Source of the DNA: Caecitellus pseudoparvulus | Taxonomy: Eukaryota; Protista; Bigyra: Bicosoecida | Reading direction: 5' to 3' | DNA: 64,000 bases | Assembly: GCA_965644315.1 (NCBI GenBank) | Contig: CBFFRQ010000075.1 | Location: forward strand, 51,898-115,897 | Part shown: positions 54,774 to 64,000 of the stretch, in pieces | How positions within the stretch are numbered: the first letter of the stretch is position 1 | Layout: every line of letters begins with the position of its first letter | Notes under the pieces: model-generated | The model's database searches: none | What the model saw: only the letters and a program-made list of their open reading frames with translations | Told to the model about the DNA's origin: nothing | Position numbers and translations under genes: made by a program

Positions 54774-57700
54774 ATGGCTGCTGCACGCAGCGGCAGCGCC
54801 AGCGCAGCCTGGCGCAGGCGAGGCGTCTCTGTGCTGGCCTCACCTGCACACTCTGGCAGCAAGCAAGGCCCCACAACCGAGCAGAGCTATGCACTGTACA
54901 GTGTTACGTTTGGTGCTGAGGATTTGTTGGCCGAGAGCGCCCGCCTGCGAGCGGCAGGCGTGGCGGACGAAGCTGAGGCCAGTGCGGGAATAGTGGGCGT
55001 GACGTTTACAACCCGCGCAGGGCGCATGGTGCTGTCCAGCTTCAGGCGGAGCCCAGCTCGCGAGGAGCACTCCCTTGCCTTGGCCGAACGGTGTGGTGTC
55101 ATGCACAGAGGCGACGTCCTCGTCGGCGTGAATGACACGCCCTTCCGGACGCTACCTCTGGCCCACTGCTTCAAGGCCGTCGCTGCAGTGAGCCTGGAGC
55201 AAGACCTCACCCTGCACTTCATGGCGGCAGCGCCCGCCCAGTCAGGCTATGCACACTTCAAGTTCAAAGGCGCGCCCAGGGACGCTGTGTGCACGTTCCC
55301 CTTTCACTCTGCCTCCGTGGCGGGGGAGGTGGAGCTGCTCCGCCTGGAGAGCACCTGCCGCCTGCCTGGCTTTGCCACCATAGCAGGCATGTCCATGGTG
55401 CAGGAGCGGGCGGCCTTGCTGCGCCCCCTCCTCTCCACCCGAGCATTTGCAGCAAAGGGCCAGTGCGGCCACGGGGCGCGGGGGGGAGGTCAGGTGCCCC
55501 GCGTCCCCCCCCTGCGCAGCCTGGGCATCACCTGGGCCACAGGCGGCGAGGAGTTGCTGCTGCAGACCCTGTCCACGGCGCTGGAGGCCAAGCAGCTGAA
55601 GAAGGTGGGGCTGGCGAAGGTGCTGGGGCTGAACTCCAGTAACTTTGCCAAGTGGATGCGCGGCAAGACGTCCTGCACCGCAGCCTCCCGCACGGTGCTG
55701 GTGAGCGTCGCGTGGCTAGCCGCCTGCGGCAAGGCCCTGCCAGCGGCAGCCTGCATCCAGCAGGGCATGCAGGGCGTCAAGCGCATCATCGAGGCCCTCC
55801 GCAACGAAGGCAGCGTCCCCTTTGTCCTGCCCGACGTGGATGTGCAAGGGAGTGTGCAGGGCGCCGGGGGCGGTACGCCGCTGGCAGCAGGCGTCCTGGA
55901 CGACCCGTATGGTGTGGGCGTGGACGGATCGCTTGCGCGCCCCCACACCAACGCTGCCATGACGGACGCGACGCCGCAGCAGCTAAGCAGCTGCTCTTCG
56001 CGCCACTCGTCAGCGACGCTGTTGGACTCGCGCCCGCCGCCCATGCTGGGGGAGGCTGTCGTCGCCTTCCCGCGGCTCCCAGTGCACCGTGGTCGCAGAC
56101 TGCGGCCAAGCGACACCAGCGAAGTGTCCATGAAGTCGTCCCGTGTGGGCAGCGCCTTCCAATGCCCCGTCCCAGCCTGGGTGCCGCCAGGCCTGCCTCG
56201 TGTCGCGCCAGCCCACCCTGCCCCGACGCCGCGGCGACTGGCGCCACACCTGCACCTGCCATCGGGAACAGCAGCAGGGGACAATGCGAGTTTCCGCGCC
56301 AGTCCGGTTGTGGTAGGGGACTGCGTGTGTGTGGGGGAGGAGGGTGTGTCCCTGGAAGACGAGGCAGCCGCTGGCCAGCGCCTCATGCCCCTTCGCCCCC
56401 CCTCGCCCTCACCCTCCCCGCCCACCACTCAGCTCCCTGAATGTGCAGCTGATGAAGGCAGTACCAGCCCGCCTGCCATGCCACCTGCAGCTTCCTCCAA
56501 CGCGGAGGGGGCAGAGCAAGTCGGTGGTCAGGCCACCACGGCAGCGGCGGTGACACCCCCTGCCCAGACCTCCCCCGTAAGTGGCGCAGCCAGTCCTGGC
56601 GAGGCCGATGCGCCAGTTACCACCCCGGATCCTGACCAAGGTGGCGACTCCTCCCGGCAACCAAGCGACGAGGGTGTTGGTGGCGAGGGTGGCGAGGGTG
56701 GCGAGGGTGGCGAGGGTGGCGAGGGTGGCGAGGGTGAGGGCGACGACGGCGGGCTCCGGAGGGGCAAGCGCAAGCGAGTGAAGCGAGACTTGACGGCACT
56801 GGAAGCGCCCGAGGCAAGCGCAGCCGCTGGCCCAGCCCAGCCTCCAGATGGCGCCGCAGACGGGGCGGCATTCTTCCCAAGCCAGGGGCTGGGCAAGCTG
56901 CATGCGCCGCTGCTGCGAGCCGAGGTGGACCCGGACTTCCGCGACAGCCAGACGCGGCCAGTGCGGGGCCTCCCTGTGCCCCGGGCTGCATGGCCACAGC
57001 CCCGCTTGACGCCGTATGGCGGAGATGGCTTCTTCGAGCGGCATTGGGTGTGCCATGACCCCGTTCCAGTGGGCGGTGAGCTCGTGTGGGACCCCGCTGC
57101 TGCCCAGCAGGCTTTGGCGGCACCAGTGGAGACGCGGCCTGCGTTTCAGGCGACGGGCGGCCAGGCACCCCCCCTCGTGCAGCCAGTGTGCTCCCTGCCT
57201 GATGTGTCGTCTCTGCCCTGCTTCCGGGACTGGCAGGGTGAGGGCCAGGCACAGACCGCGCCTGCACGGCCACTGCCGCCCGGCCGAAGGAACAAGCATG
57301 CCACCATGACCAGTGTCCTGCCAGGTGGCAGCAGCAACCTCATGGTGGACGCGTACGCCAGCGTGGCACTGGCTTGCGTCGCACATGCAGCTCGGCGGTT
57401 CGCGGGCCTGGACTGTGGCGCCAGTGCCCAGGCGCCTGGCGCCCACGTGCCTCTCCGAACCCCCCTCCTGCTGCACAGCACGTCGGTGTGGTACGACGAC
57501 AAGTATGCCGCGCGTGTGGCCCCCAGTGTCGTTGCCGTCCGTCCGGACCAGGTGCTGTCTCTGGAGCGCTGGGGCTCCCCTGCCGTCGGTGAGGGGGGCG
57601 TCATCGTCTCGGGTGCGGCAGCCTCACCAGCCTTGCTGCGCGAGCTCGACGCCCGAGCGCGACGGGCGCCAGCCAGCGTTCCCCGACGATACACACATGT

Positions 57701-58877
57701 GGCAGGCGAGTGGGAACGAGCCTTGGCGGCCTTCCTACGCAGCGTGCCGGGGTGTGCTGCTGATGACGCCTTGATGGTGCTGGCAGAGGCAGGGTATCGC
57801 ATGGCGGAGGCGCAGGCCGCGCTGTCGGCGCTGGGGCGACAGGCCGAGCTGGGCGAGCCGGGCAGCTTCACCCCCTTGCAGCGCCAGCGCAGGTTCCCCC
57901 CCTACATTGACGACAGGGCGTGGCGCAGGTGGAGCCAAGGTGAAGTGGTACGCTTCGTGTCGGCGGTGGAGGATGTGGGGTCTGACTTCGTCGCCGTCGC
58001 CCGTGCTGTGGGCACCAGGTGCACGCGGGAGTGTGTGCAGTTCTACTACGCAGCATTCAAAGGTGGCGGCGGGCGCCTTGCCGTGGGGGGCGGGCGTGGT
58101 GAGTGGCACGGGTACAGGGAGCAGGCGTGGAGCGCTGATGGCCGGCGGCCCCGCACGCCACCAGCCCAGGCCTGTGTGCCAGTGCCAGTGGCCGCCGGCG
58201 CCCACCGGGAATGGAAGCGCATGCAGGCTGCGTGGACTGCGCCATTGGTGGAGTTCCACTGGGACGTCTGCCTGGTGTGTGCGCAGGGGGGCGACCTGCT
58301 CATGTGCGACTCGTGCAACCTCAGCTTCCACATGGGCTGCTTGGGCATCGTGAAGGAGGACCTGAACCTGCACGCGCCATGGGCGTGCCCCATGTGCACC
58401 CTCGACTTCCAACGGGCGTCCCCGGTGGAAAGAGGTGGCTACCTACCGCTGCCGGCCGTGCTGGGCGCCACCAGCGCCGGCGAGCGCCTGCTTGACGAGC
58501 GACTGGCCACTGACCCAGGGACGTACGAGCCACAGCAGGCGCCAGTGGCGTTTTCAAAGTTCGCCTCGCCCTGGGTCTCGCAACATGCGACGCCTCTGGA
58601 TGCGTTGCGTGATGCGCGGGAGCTGGTGCGTGAGGGGTGTGAGGCCATTGAAGCGCAGCGCAAGCGCCGGGTGCGAGGGCGCGCCGACCTGGTGCGCACA
58701 CGGGTCATGGCACGTGCCGCATCACTGCCCAAGGACGTCCTCGCTCGATACCTGGCCGTTGCACCGGAGGCCTCTGTGGGAGGCAGCAAGCGCCGGGCGC
58801 CAGGCCCAGCGCCCGAGCCAGCGTTCAAGCGTGCGAAGCCTGGCAGCGACGGCTCGGAGGGGCAGCCCTGCACTTGA
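54774..58877 (+). CDS. Chromatin protein: PDZ-like + HTH-like + ELM2-SANT + PHD finger
   Basis: PDZ-like AERCGVMHRGDVLVGVND; ELM2 SRVGSAFQC and ELVWDP; SANT WSQGEVVRF...GSDF.AVA..VGTR..RECVQFYY; PHD CLVCAQGGDLLMCDSCNLSFHMGCL...WACPMC. Confidence 0.8.
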   Translation: MAAARSGSASAAWRRRGVSVLASPAHSGSKQGPTTEQSYALYSVTFGAEDLLAESARLRAAGVADEAEASAGIVGVTFTTRAGRMVLSSFRRSPAREEHSLALAERCGVMHRGDVLVGVNDTPFRTLPLAHCFKAVAAVSLEQDLTLHFMAAAPAQSGYAHFKFKGAPRDAVCTFPFHSASVAGEVELLRLESTCRLPGFATIAGMSMVQERAALLRPLLSTRAFAAKGQCGHGARGGGQVPRVPPLRSLGITWATGGEELLLQTLSTALEAKQLKKVGLAKVLGLNSSNFAKWMRGKTSCTAASRTVLVSVAWLAACGKALPAAACIQQGMQGVKRIIEALRNEGSVPFVLPDVDVQGSVQGAGGGTPLAAGVLDDPYGVGVDGSLARPHTNAAMTDATPQQLSSCSSRHSSATLLDSRPPPMLGEAVVAFPRLPVHRGRRLRPSDTSEVSMKSSRVGSAFQCPVPAWVPPGLPRVAPAHPAPTPRRLAPHLHLPSGTAAGDNASFRASPVVVGDCVCVGEEGVSLEDEAAAGQRLMPLRPPSPSPSPPTTQLPECAADEGSTSPPAMPPAASSNAEGAEQVGGQATTAAAVTPPAQTSPVSGAASPGEADAPVTTPDPDQGGDSSRQPSDEGVGGEGGEGGEGGEGGEGGEGEGDDGGLRRGKRKRVKRDLTALEAPEASAAAGPAQPPDGAADGAAFFPSQGLGKLHAPLLRAEVDPDFRDSQTRPVRGLPVPRAAWPQPRLTPYGGDGFFERHWVCHDPVPVGGELVWDPAAAQQALAAPVETRPAFQATGGQAPPLVQPVCSLPDVSSLPCFRDWQGEGQAQTAPARPLPPGRRNKHATMTSVLPGGSSNLMVDAYASVALACVAHAARRFAGLDCGASAQAPGAHVPLRTPLLLHSTSVWYDDKYAARVAPSVVAVRPDQVLSLERWGSPAVGEGGVIVSGAAASPALLRELDARARRAPASVPRRYTHVAGEWERALAAFLRSVPGCAADDALMVLAEAGYRMAEAQAALSALGRQAELGEPGSFTPLQRQRRFPPYIDDRAWRRWSQGEVVRFVSAVEDVGSDFVAVARAVGTRCTRECVQFYYAAFKGGGGRLAVGGGRGEWHGYREQAWSADGRRPRTPPAQACVPVPVAAGAHREWKRMQAAWTAPLVEFHWDVCLVCAQGGDLLMCDSCNLSFHMGCLGIVKEDLNLHAPWACPMCTLDFQRASPVERGGYLPLPAVLGATSAGERLLDERLATDPGTYEPQQAPVAFSKFASPWVSQHATPLDALRDARELVREGCEAIEAQRKRRVRGRADLVRTRVMARAASLPKDVLARYLAVAPEASVGGSKRRAPGPAPEPAFKRAKPGSDGSEGQPCT
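56679..56732 (+). repeat. Coding 9-nt tandem repeat (GGTGGCGAG), about 6 copies, encoding (GGE)n
   Basis: Perfect tandem array read directly from the sequence. Confidence 0.9.
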
Positions 58878-59054
58878 TGCAAGGTGATCATAAATACAAC
58901 CACCCTGCCTTGTTGCATGCTGCTGCGTGCACTACCACAGAGCAACGCCTCCCGAGCCTGGGTCGCCTGCCACAGCAGCGAGCTGCCGCTGTGCGCCTTC
59001 AATTTCCGCCCACACTCTCCGCTGCAGGCAAAGCCGTGCGCCAGCCACGCCGCC

Positions 59055-60353
59055 ATGGCTCTGGCCATTGCGAAAGCCCAAGCGTTGTGGGACTTTGCCG
59101 GCGAAGACAGCGGCGACCTCCCCTTCAAGGCCGGGGATGAGCTGGACATTCTGGAGAAGGAAGGGGACTGGTGGCGGGCGCGCCGCGAAGGGCAGGAGGG
59201 CAACATCCCAGGAGTGTATGTGAAGATCACGAAAGAGTACGCCAGCATTGCCCCCAAGCGTCCGCCTCCCAAGCAGAGCCCTGCCCAGGCCAGCCAGCCA
59301 GGCGCTCGCCCTGCGGGAGCCGTCGCAAGCGGCCAGGCTGAAGCTTGCACAGAGCAAGCAGTGAAGCAGCACGAAGCGGGGTGGGCTGCCGGGCAGCGAG
59401 AAGCCTTTTCAATCGACTCCTTGGAGGCCTTTGATGAGTTGATGGAGCGTGGGTACGCAGTGTTGAGGGGTGGGGAGCCTGGCAAAGGCGCAGGCGAAGG
59501 ACAGCTGGTGGACATCGCCTACACGCTGAGTGTGTGGGACGGCTCGTCTGCCACAGCGAGGCAGATCGAGCGGGTCACCTCCTGCTCCTTCACTCTGGGG
59601 CGGCTGGACCCATTCTTCACAGGGCAGGCCACGGTGCCCGACGCTGCCGCGGGCGTGCCGCCGCCTCCAGGGCTGCATGACGCGCTCAGCGCAGTGCCGG
59701 CGGGCGGGAAGGCGCTGCTCGTGCTGGCACCCGAGACGGCCTTTGGCGCAGAGGGGCTGAGCCCCCACGTTCCTGTCCTGGCGCACCTCGTGTACGACCT
59801 GCAGGTGCGCAGCATTGCTGGGCAGGCAACGCGTGCGGGCGGCGCCTCGGGCACAGCAGCCCGGCCCACTGCCCAGGCCGCCGCCGGCAGCCGCAGCGAC
59901 GAGGAGCAAGAGGAGGTTGGGGAACTGGCGGCTTCCATTTCGTCTCGGTATGGCGCGTGGGCGGCGAAGGAGTCCTCCAGGGCCTCCTTTGCGCCCCACG
60001 CTGGCAGGGCGGCCGGCGGCGGGCAGGGCGGGGGGGCAGCCGTGCACCACGGCGGGCATCGCTCGGCCATGGCCCCCGGGCCCGCACAGGCCACCCCCCC
60101 TCCCATGCCCACCACGACCAGTGCTGGTGTGCCGCTGCATAAGCTGCCGCCTGAGGAGGCAGAGGCCATCGTGAGGGCCCGCCTGGAGGCGCTGGGGCAA
60201 CCCGTGCCCCCACCCGGCTCAACGCGCTCCTCGCTGGGCAAGTGGTTTTCAGGCATGAAGAGCTCGCTGTTTGGAGCGCAGGGTATACAGCGCTCCTCCA
60301 GCTCCCCTGCAACGCCTTCCTCCAGGCATGGCAGCTCCCAGGGCAGCGCCTGA
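59055..60353 (+). CDS. SH3 + FKBP-like domain protein
   Basis: SH3: ALWDFAGEDSGDLPFKAGDEL...DWW...GNIPGVYV. FKBP-like: VDIAY...FTLG...PGLHDAL...APETAFGAEG...HLVYDLQV. Confidence 0.8.
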   Translation: MALAIAKAQALWDFAGEDSGDLPFKAGDELDILEKEGDWWRARREGQEGNIPGVYVKITKEYASIAPKRPPPKQSPAQASQPGARPAGAVASGQAEACTEQAVKQHEAGWAAGQREAFSIDSLEAFDELMERGYAVLRGGEPGKGAGEGQLVDIAYTLSVWDGSSATARQIERVTSCSFTLGRLDPFFTGQATVPDAAAGVPPPPGLHDALSAVPAGGKALLVLAPETAFGAEGLSPHVPVLAHLVYDLQVRSIAGQATRAGGASGTAARPTAQAAAGSRSDEEQEEVGELAASISSRYGAWAAKESSRASFAPHAGRAAGGGQGGGAAVHHGGHRSAMAPGPAQATPPPMPTTTSAGVPLHKLPPEEAEAIVRARLEALGQPVPPPGSTRSSLGKWFSGMKSSLFGAQGIQRSSSSPATPSSRHGSSQGSA

Positions 60354-60587
60354 ACGTCACCCCCCATGCTCAGCGGGGCAATGCATTGTGCAGCTGCTCA
60401 CAAACCACGGGCGAATCACAAGTGCTGCAGCCCCATGTCGGGGTGCGTGCTGGAAATGCGTGCATCCAAGCGCCCCTCCCTTGTCGCGTGGGCCGAGTCT
60501 GCTTGCTCGGCGAGTGAAGTGCAGTGCACTTGGCACCCTGCACCCGAAACACTTGCGAAGGGCACGTAGCAGCGGGCGTGAGAGACG

Positions 60588-63500
60588 ATGCTGGGCGTTC
60601 TGGAGAAAGCTTTCTTCCTGTGGGGGAAGGTGGTGGGCCGCTTCCCCGTCCTTTTCATCCTCGCTGCCATGGCCACCATTGGCGGCCTCAGCGTCGGCTT
60701 GAAGCATGTGGTGGTGGAGGAAAACCCCCAGAAGATCTGGGTGCCTCCAGGCTCCTCCACTGCCCAGCAACAAGCGTACTTTGGCGCTGCATTTGACCCC
60801 TTCTTTCGCATCGAGCAAGTGATCTTCATGGACAAGGGAGGCAGCAGGCCGCGCCTGGACCAGCGCGTGGCTCCAACCACCTCGCAGGCATACGCCCTCG
60901 CAGCAGGCGTGAGGAGCCGAGCGCTCATGGAGCGCTTGGGCTCGCCAGCTCAAGCCGACGCGGCCCTGGACTGCGAAGCCGGCAATGTCTTGACCATCGC
61001 GGCGTTCAAGGACATGCTGCAGCTGCAGGACGCCATCATGAACACGGCCGACTCAGCCGGCACCACTTTGGACGACATTTGCTACAAGCCAGTGGCAGGC
61101 AAGGGCTGCTTAGTGGAGAGCCCCCTGAACTACGTCAAGTCCAACTGGACCTTCCTGAGCAACATGACGGAGACCAACCTGCAGTACGCCCTGCAGTGCG
61201 CCTCGCCGTCCCTCATCGCCCCTGGCTTGCGCAAGCCTTGCTGGTCCGCCATTGGCGTGCCTGCTATGAAGGACGTCGTCCTAGGAGGCCAGCGTTGCTG
61301 CGAGCACGTGTCAGGCATCAATGGCACAACCGGCCTGTGCCAGTCGTGCAACACAGTGGCCATCGCTGGCTTCATGACGTTCTTGGTCAACGCCGACCCC
61401 GCCACGCAGCCGCTTGCGCAGCGCTGGGAGAAGGAAGTCTTCCTGAACCTCTCCGCAGCCTACTCCTCCGACGAACTGGCCGTGTCGTACATGGCGCAGC
61501 GGTCGATCCAGGATGAGATCTCAGCAGTCGGGAGCCAGAACACCTTCGTGGTCATCGTCTCCTACGCTGCGATGCTCATGTACATTTCCCTCGCGCTGGG
61601 CAAGTTCCCGCACCCCGTCTACTCTCGCGTTCTGCTGGGCCTGCAGGGCATGTGCATCGTTGGCGGGTCGTTCGTCGCAGCACTGGGCGTGTGCTCCCTG
61701 GCAGGCCTGAAGATCACCATGATTGTGGAGGAGGTGGTGCCCTTCCTCATCCTGGCCATTGGCGTGGACAACATGTTCATCCTGTACAAAGCCTTCGACC
61801 GCCGCACCCGCACGCTCAAGGGCACGTACGGTGACTCTCCACGGCACCAGCCCCTGTTGGACGACCACTCCCTCCCCCCCACGCCGCTGTTGAGCGAAGG
61901 CGTGCAGGCGGCATCGTCCGCTGAACCCGTCGAGGAGACACTCGCGTTTGTCCTGGCCGAAGCGGGGCCCACCATCACTGCTGCAGCCGTCGGGGAAGTG
62001 CTGGCCTTCATCGTAGGCATAACGACAAACATCCCCGCCCTGGTCCAGTTCTGCGTCGTGGCCGCCGTCGCAGTTGCCTTTGACTTGGTCTTCCAACTCA
62101 CGTGGTTCACAGCAGCCATCGCCCTGGATGCGCGCAGGGTGGAGGCAGGCCGCTTGGACCTGCTGCCGTGCTTCACGTACAGGGGGCTGTGTGCGGGGGG
62201 ACAGGGGAGCGACGGCGCCTCCGTGAACAGCTCGTCAGCAAACGAAGATCAGGCCACAGGTGGCTGTGTCAGCCCTCGCAGCCACTTGTGGGCCTTTGTC
62301 CTCGAAGGGGAGTTCGTGAAGCGCACCCTGGAGAACTACTACGCCCCTGTGCTGGCCAGGCCAGCAGTAAAAGCTCTCGTTCTCATTGTGTGGCTCTTTT
62401 GCCTCGTCGGCTCCATCATCGGCGCCGGGCACCTGCAACTAGGGCTCCCGCAGCAGCTCGTGCTGCCATCTGGCAGCTACTTGGAGACGTACTTTGACCA
62501 GCAGTCCAAGTACGGAGACGCAGGTCCCCCCGCGTACATTGTTCTCCAAAATGTTGACTACGAGGACCCCTCCCTGGGCACCGCGCTGAAAGCCCTGACG
62601 GAGCAGACCGCAGAGCTCACCCACATCATCGACGGGCCAGTGTACTCCTGGCACGCAGCCCTGAACGAGTATGAAAACCTCGTCAACGCCTCTGCGCTTG
62701 CACAGAAAGCCTGCCCCGCGCCTCTGGACCCCAGCACAACCCCCGTCGCACTGCGGGCCCACCAGTTCCTCGCCAACACCCCCATTGACGGAGACTGCTG
62801 CCAGCAGCAGGGCCAGTGCGGAGCCCAGTTCGGGCAGGACGTCAAGTTCTTCTGGGCACCAGCGCAGCACGTCATTAACCACTACAACCTGACGGGCCAG
62901 GCTGCCGAGTACGCCCGCAACGTCTCCACAGCCACGCGAGCCACCACTGCGCCTGACGGCTCCACTCGCAACGCATCCAACGCCGGCATGGCCCCCCTCG
63001 CCATCATGACCTCCCGCCTCCGAACCCAGCACGTCGCGCTCAGGGACCAACACACGTTCATCAGCTGCATGCAGGGCATCTACGCCGCCATCTCCAAGCT
63101 CGCAGTGGACCTGCCCAGCCTATCGGACCAAGCCCTCCACGCGCTGCTGCCCCCAGGCACGAGCATCTCCAGCCACAGCCGCGGCCGGGCTGGCGCCTTT
63201 TCCGACAACCAGCACGACGCCAGCAGTGGCTGGCTGCAGCCAGCACCAACCGCAGGAGGAGCCGCCTTCCCATACTCCTTGACGTACGTGTACTACGAAC
63301 AGTACGACTTCATCCGGGGAGTTGCCATTGAGAACTTCCTCCTGGCCCTGGGCGCAGTCTTCTGCGCAGTCATGTTCCTCTCAACCCCAGCCGGTGCCCT
63401 CTTCACGACCTTCATGGTGGCATGCATCACCATCGACATCGTCGGCCTCATGTGGCTGTGGAACCCTCCCGTGGCAGAGACACAGGGATCCCTCGGAGCC

Positions 63501-63896
63501 GACATGAAGTTCGGCGTGGACATCAACGCCGTGTCCGTCGTGAACTTGGTCATGGCCGTCGGCCTCTCCGTGGAGTTCTGCGTCCATATTACCACGTCCT
63601 TCCTCAAGTACACTGGAACGCGCGACGAGCGTGCCTTCAAAGCCGTCACCTCCATGGGCTCCAATGTCGTCACCGGCATCACGCTCACCAAGCTCGTCGG
63701 CGTGCTAGTCCTGGCGTGGGCACCCTCCAAACTCTTCCGGCTATACTACTTCCGCATGTACTTCTCCATCATTGTCCTCGGAGCCTTCCACGGGCTCATG
63801 GTGCTGCCCGTCCTCCTCTCCCTCGTCGGCCCACCATCCTCCACACCCCAACTCCCAGCGACTGATGGAAAAACCAAACCGCCCACCAAAGTGTGA
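60588..63896 (+). CDS. NPC1: Niemann-Pick C1-like RND sterol transporter
   Basis: NPQKIWVPP, FDPFFRIEQ, LDDICYKP, RWEKEVF, sterol-sensing domain SYAAMLMYISLALG...EVVPFLILAIGVDNMFI, GPPAY, FPYSLTYVYYEQY, VGLSVEFCVH and HGLMVLPVLLS. Confidence 0.93.
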   Translation: MLGVLEKAFFLWGKVVGRFPVLFILAAMATIGGLSVGLKHVVVEENPQKIWVPPGSSTAQQQAYFGAAFDPFFRIEQVIFMDKGGSRPRLDQRVAPTTSQAYALAAGVRSRALMERLGSPAQADAALDCEAGNVLTIAAFKDMLQLQDAIMNTADSAGTTLDDICYKPVAGKGCLVESPLNYVKSNWTFLSNMTETNLQYALQCASPSLIAPGLRKPCWSAIGVPAMKDVVLGGQRCCEHVSGINGTTGLCQSCNTVAIAGFMTFLVNADPATQPLAQRWEKEVFLNLSAAYSSDELAVSYMAQRSIQDEISAVGSQNTFVVIVSYAAMLMYISLALGKFPHPVYSRVLLGLQGMCIVGGSFVAALGVCSLAGLKITMIVEEVVPFLILAIGVDNMFILYKAFDRRTRTLKGTYGDSPRHQPLLDDHSLPPTPLLSEGVQAASSAEPVEETLAFVLAEAGPTITAAAVGEVLAFIVGITTNIPALVQFCVVAAVAVAFDLVFQLTWFTAAIALDARRVEAGRLDLLPCFTYRGLCAGGQGSDGASVNSSSANEDQATGGCVSPRSHLWAFVLEGEFVKRTLENYYAPVLARPAVKALVLIVWLFCLVGSIIGAGHLQLGLPQQLVLPSGSYLETYFDQQSKYGDAGPPAYIVLQNVDYEDPSLGTALKALTEQTAELTHIIDGPVYSWHAALNEYENLVNASALAQKACPAPLDPSTTPVALRAHQFLANTPIDGDCCQQQGQCGAQFGQDVKFFWAPAQHVINHYNLTGQAAEYARNVSTATRATTAPDGSTRNASNAGMAPLAIMTSRLRTQHVALRDQHTFISCMQGIYAAISKLAVDLPSLSDQALHALLPPGTSISSHSRGRAGAFSDNQHDASSGWLQPAPTAGGAAFPYSLTYVYYEQYDFIRGVAIENFLLALGAVFCAVMFLSTPAGALFTTFMVACITIDIVGLMWLWNPPVAETQGSLGADMKFGVDINAVSVVNLVMAVGLSVEFCVHITTSFLKYTGTRDERAFKAVTSMGSNVVTGITLTKLVGVLVLAWAPSKLFRLYYFRMYFSIIVLGAFHGLMVLPVLLSLVGPPSSTPQLPATDGKTKPPTKV

Positions 63897-64000
63897 CGAT
63901 GGTATGGTCCCAAAACCAATGCAACTGGCAAATGCGGAATGCGGCCGGCGCACGTTTCTTGCGAAACCGAGGATGAACTTGGAGCGCACAACCAGACCGC

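Noticed and set aside
56679-56732. Tandem repeat as a CRISPR array or telomeric repeat
   Set aside because: It has no spacers and is an in-frame (GGE)n coding minisatellite.
1-64000. Prokaryotic operon, prophage, virophage/Polinton or transposon
   Set aside because: Spliceosomal introns and eukaryote-specific genes occur throughout. I recognised no integrase, transposase, reverse transcriptase, capsid, terminal repeat or large low-GC insertion.

Overview
GC-rich (about 65% by eye), very gene-dense eukaryotic nuclear DNA with short GT-AG introns (mostly 60-120 nt). Ciliary genes (BBS7, MORN3, CFAP73/CCDC42) and a nuclear-encoded mitochondrial ATP synthase b point to a flagellated protist, most likely a heterotrophic stramenopile (inference). 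I find about 31 protein-coding genes and one tRNA-Arg(CCT). I see no rRNA, CRISPR array or recognisable transposon. Recognisable genes: EMC3, SIRT2-like sirtuin, histidine phosphatase, LMF, CFAP73, ATP synthase b, DeSI/PPPDE, ARMC6, cyclic nucleotide PDE, V-ATPase B, MORN3, Asteroid-like PIN nuclease, BBS7, LARP7-like, ABHD hydrolase, RPS12, AprA/PqaA and NPC1-like. Most notable observations: (1) a GCKR/MurQ-like double-SIS protein fused to two bacterial-type DUF4286-like domains, a candidate peptidoglycan-sugar etherase; (2) a 2152-aa WD40(DHU1/DWD)-BTB-Kelch-BTB/BACK protein combining CUL4 and CUL3 adaptor signatures; (3) a SAP-domain NPPY amino-methyltransferase head-to-head with a La-less LARP7; (4) a fungal-type Zn2Cys6 factor visible only after splicing; (5) the motif CAATGCA 0-56 nt downstream of 11 stop codons, a candidate non-canonical polyadenylation signal; (6) an AT-rich structured intergenic island that may be an ncRNA. 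All family assignments come from motif recognition, not database searches.
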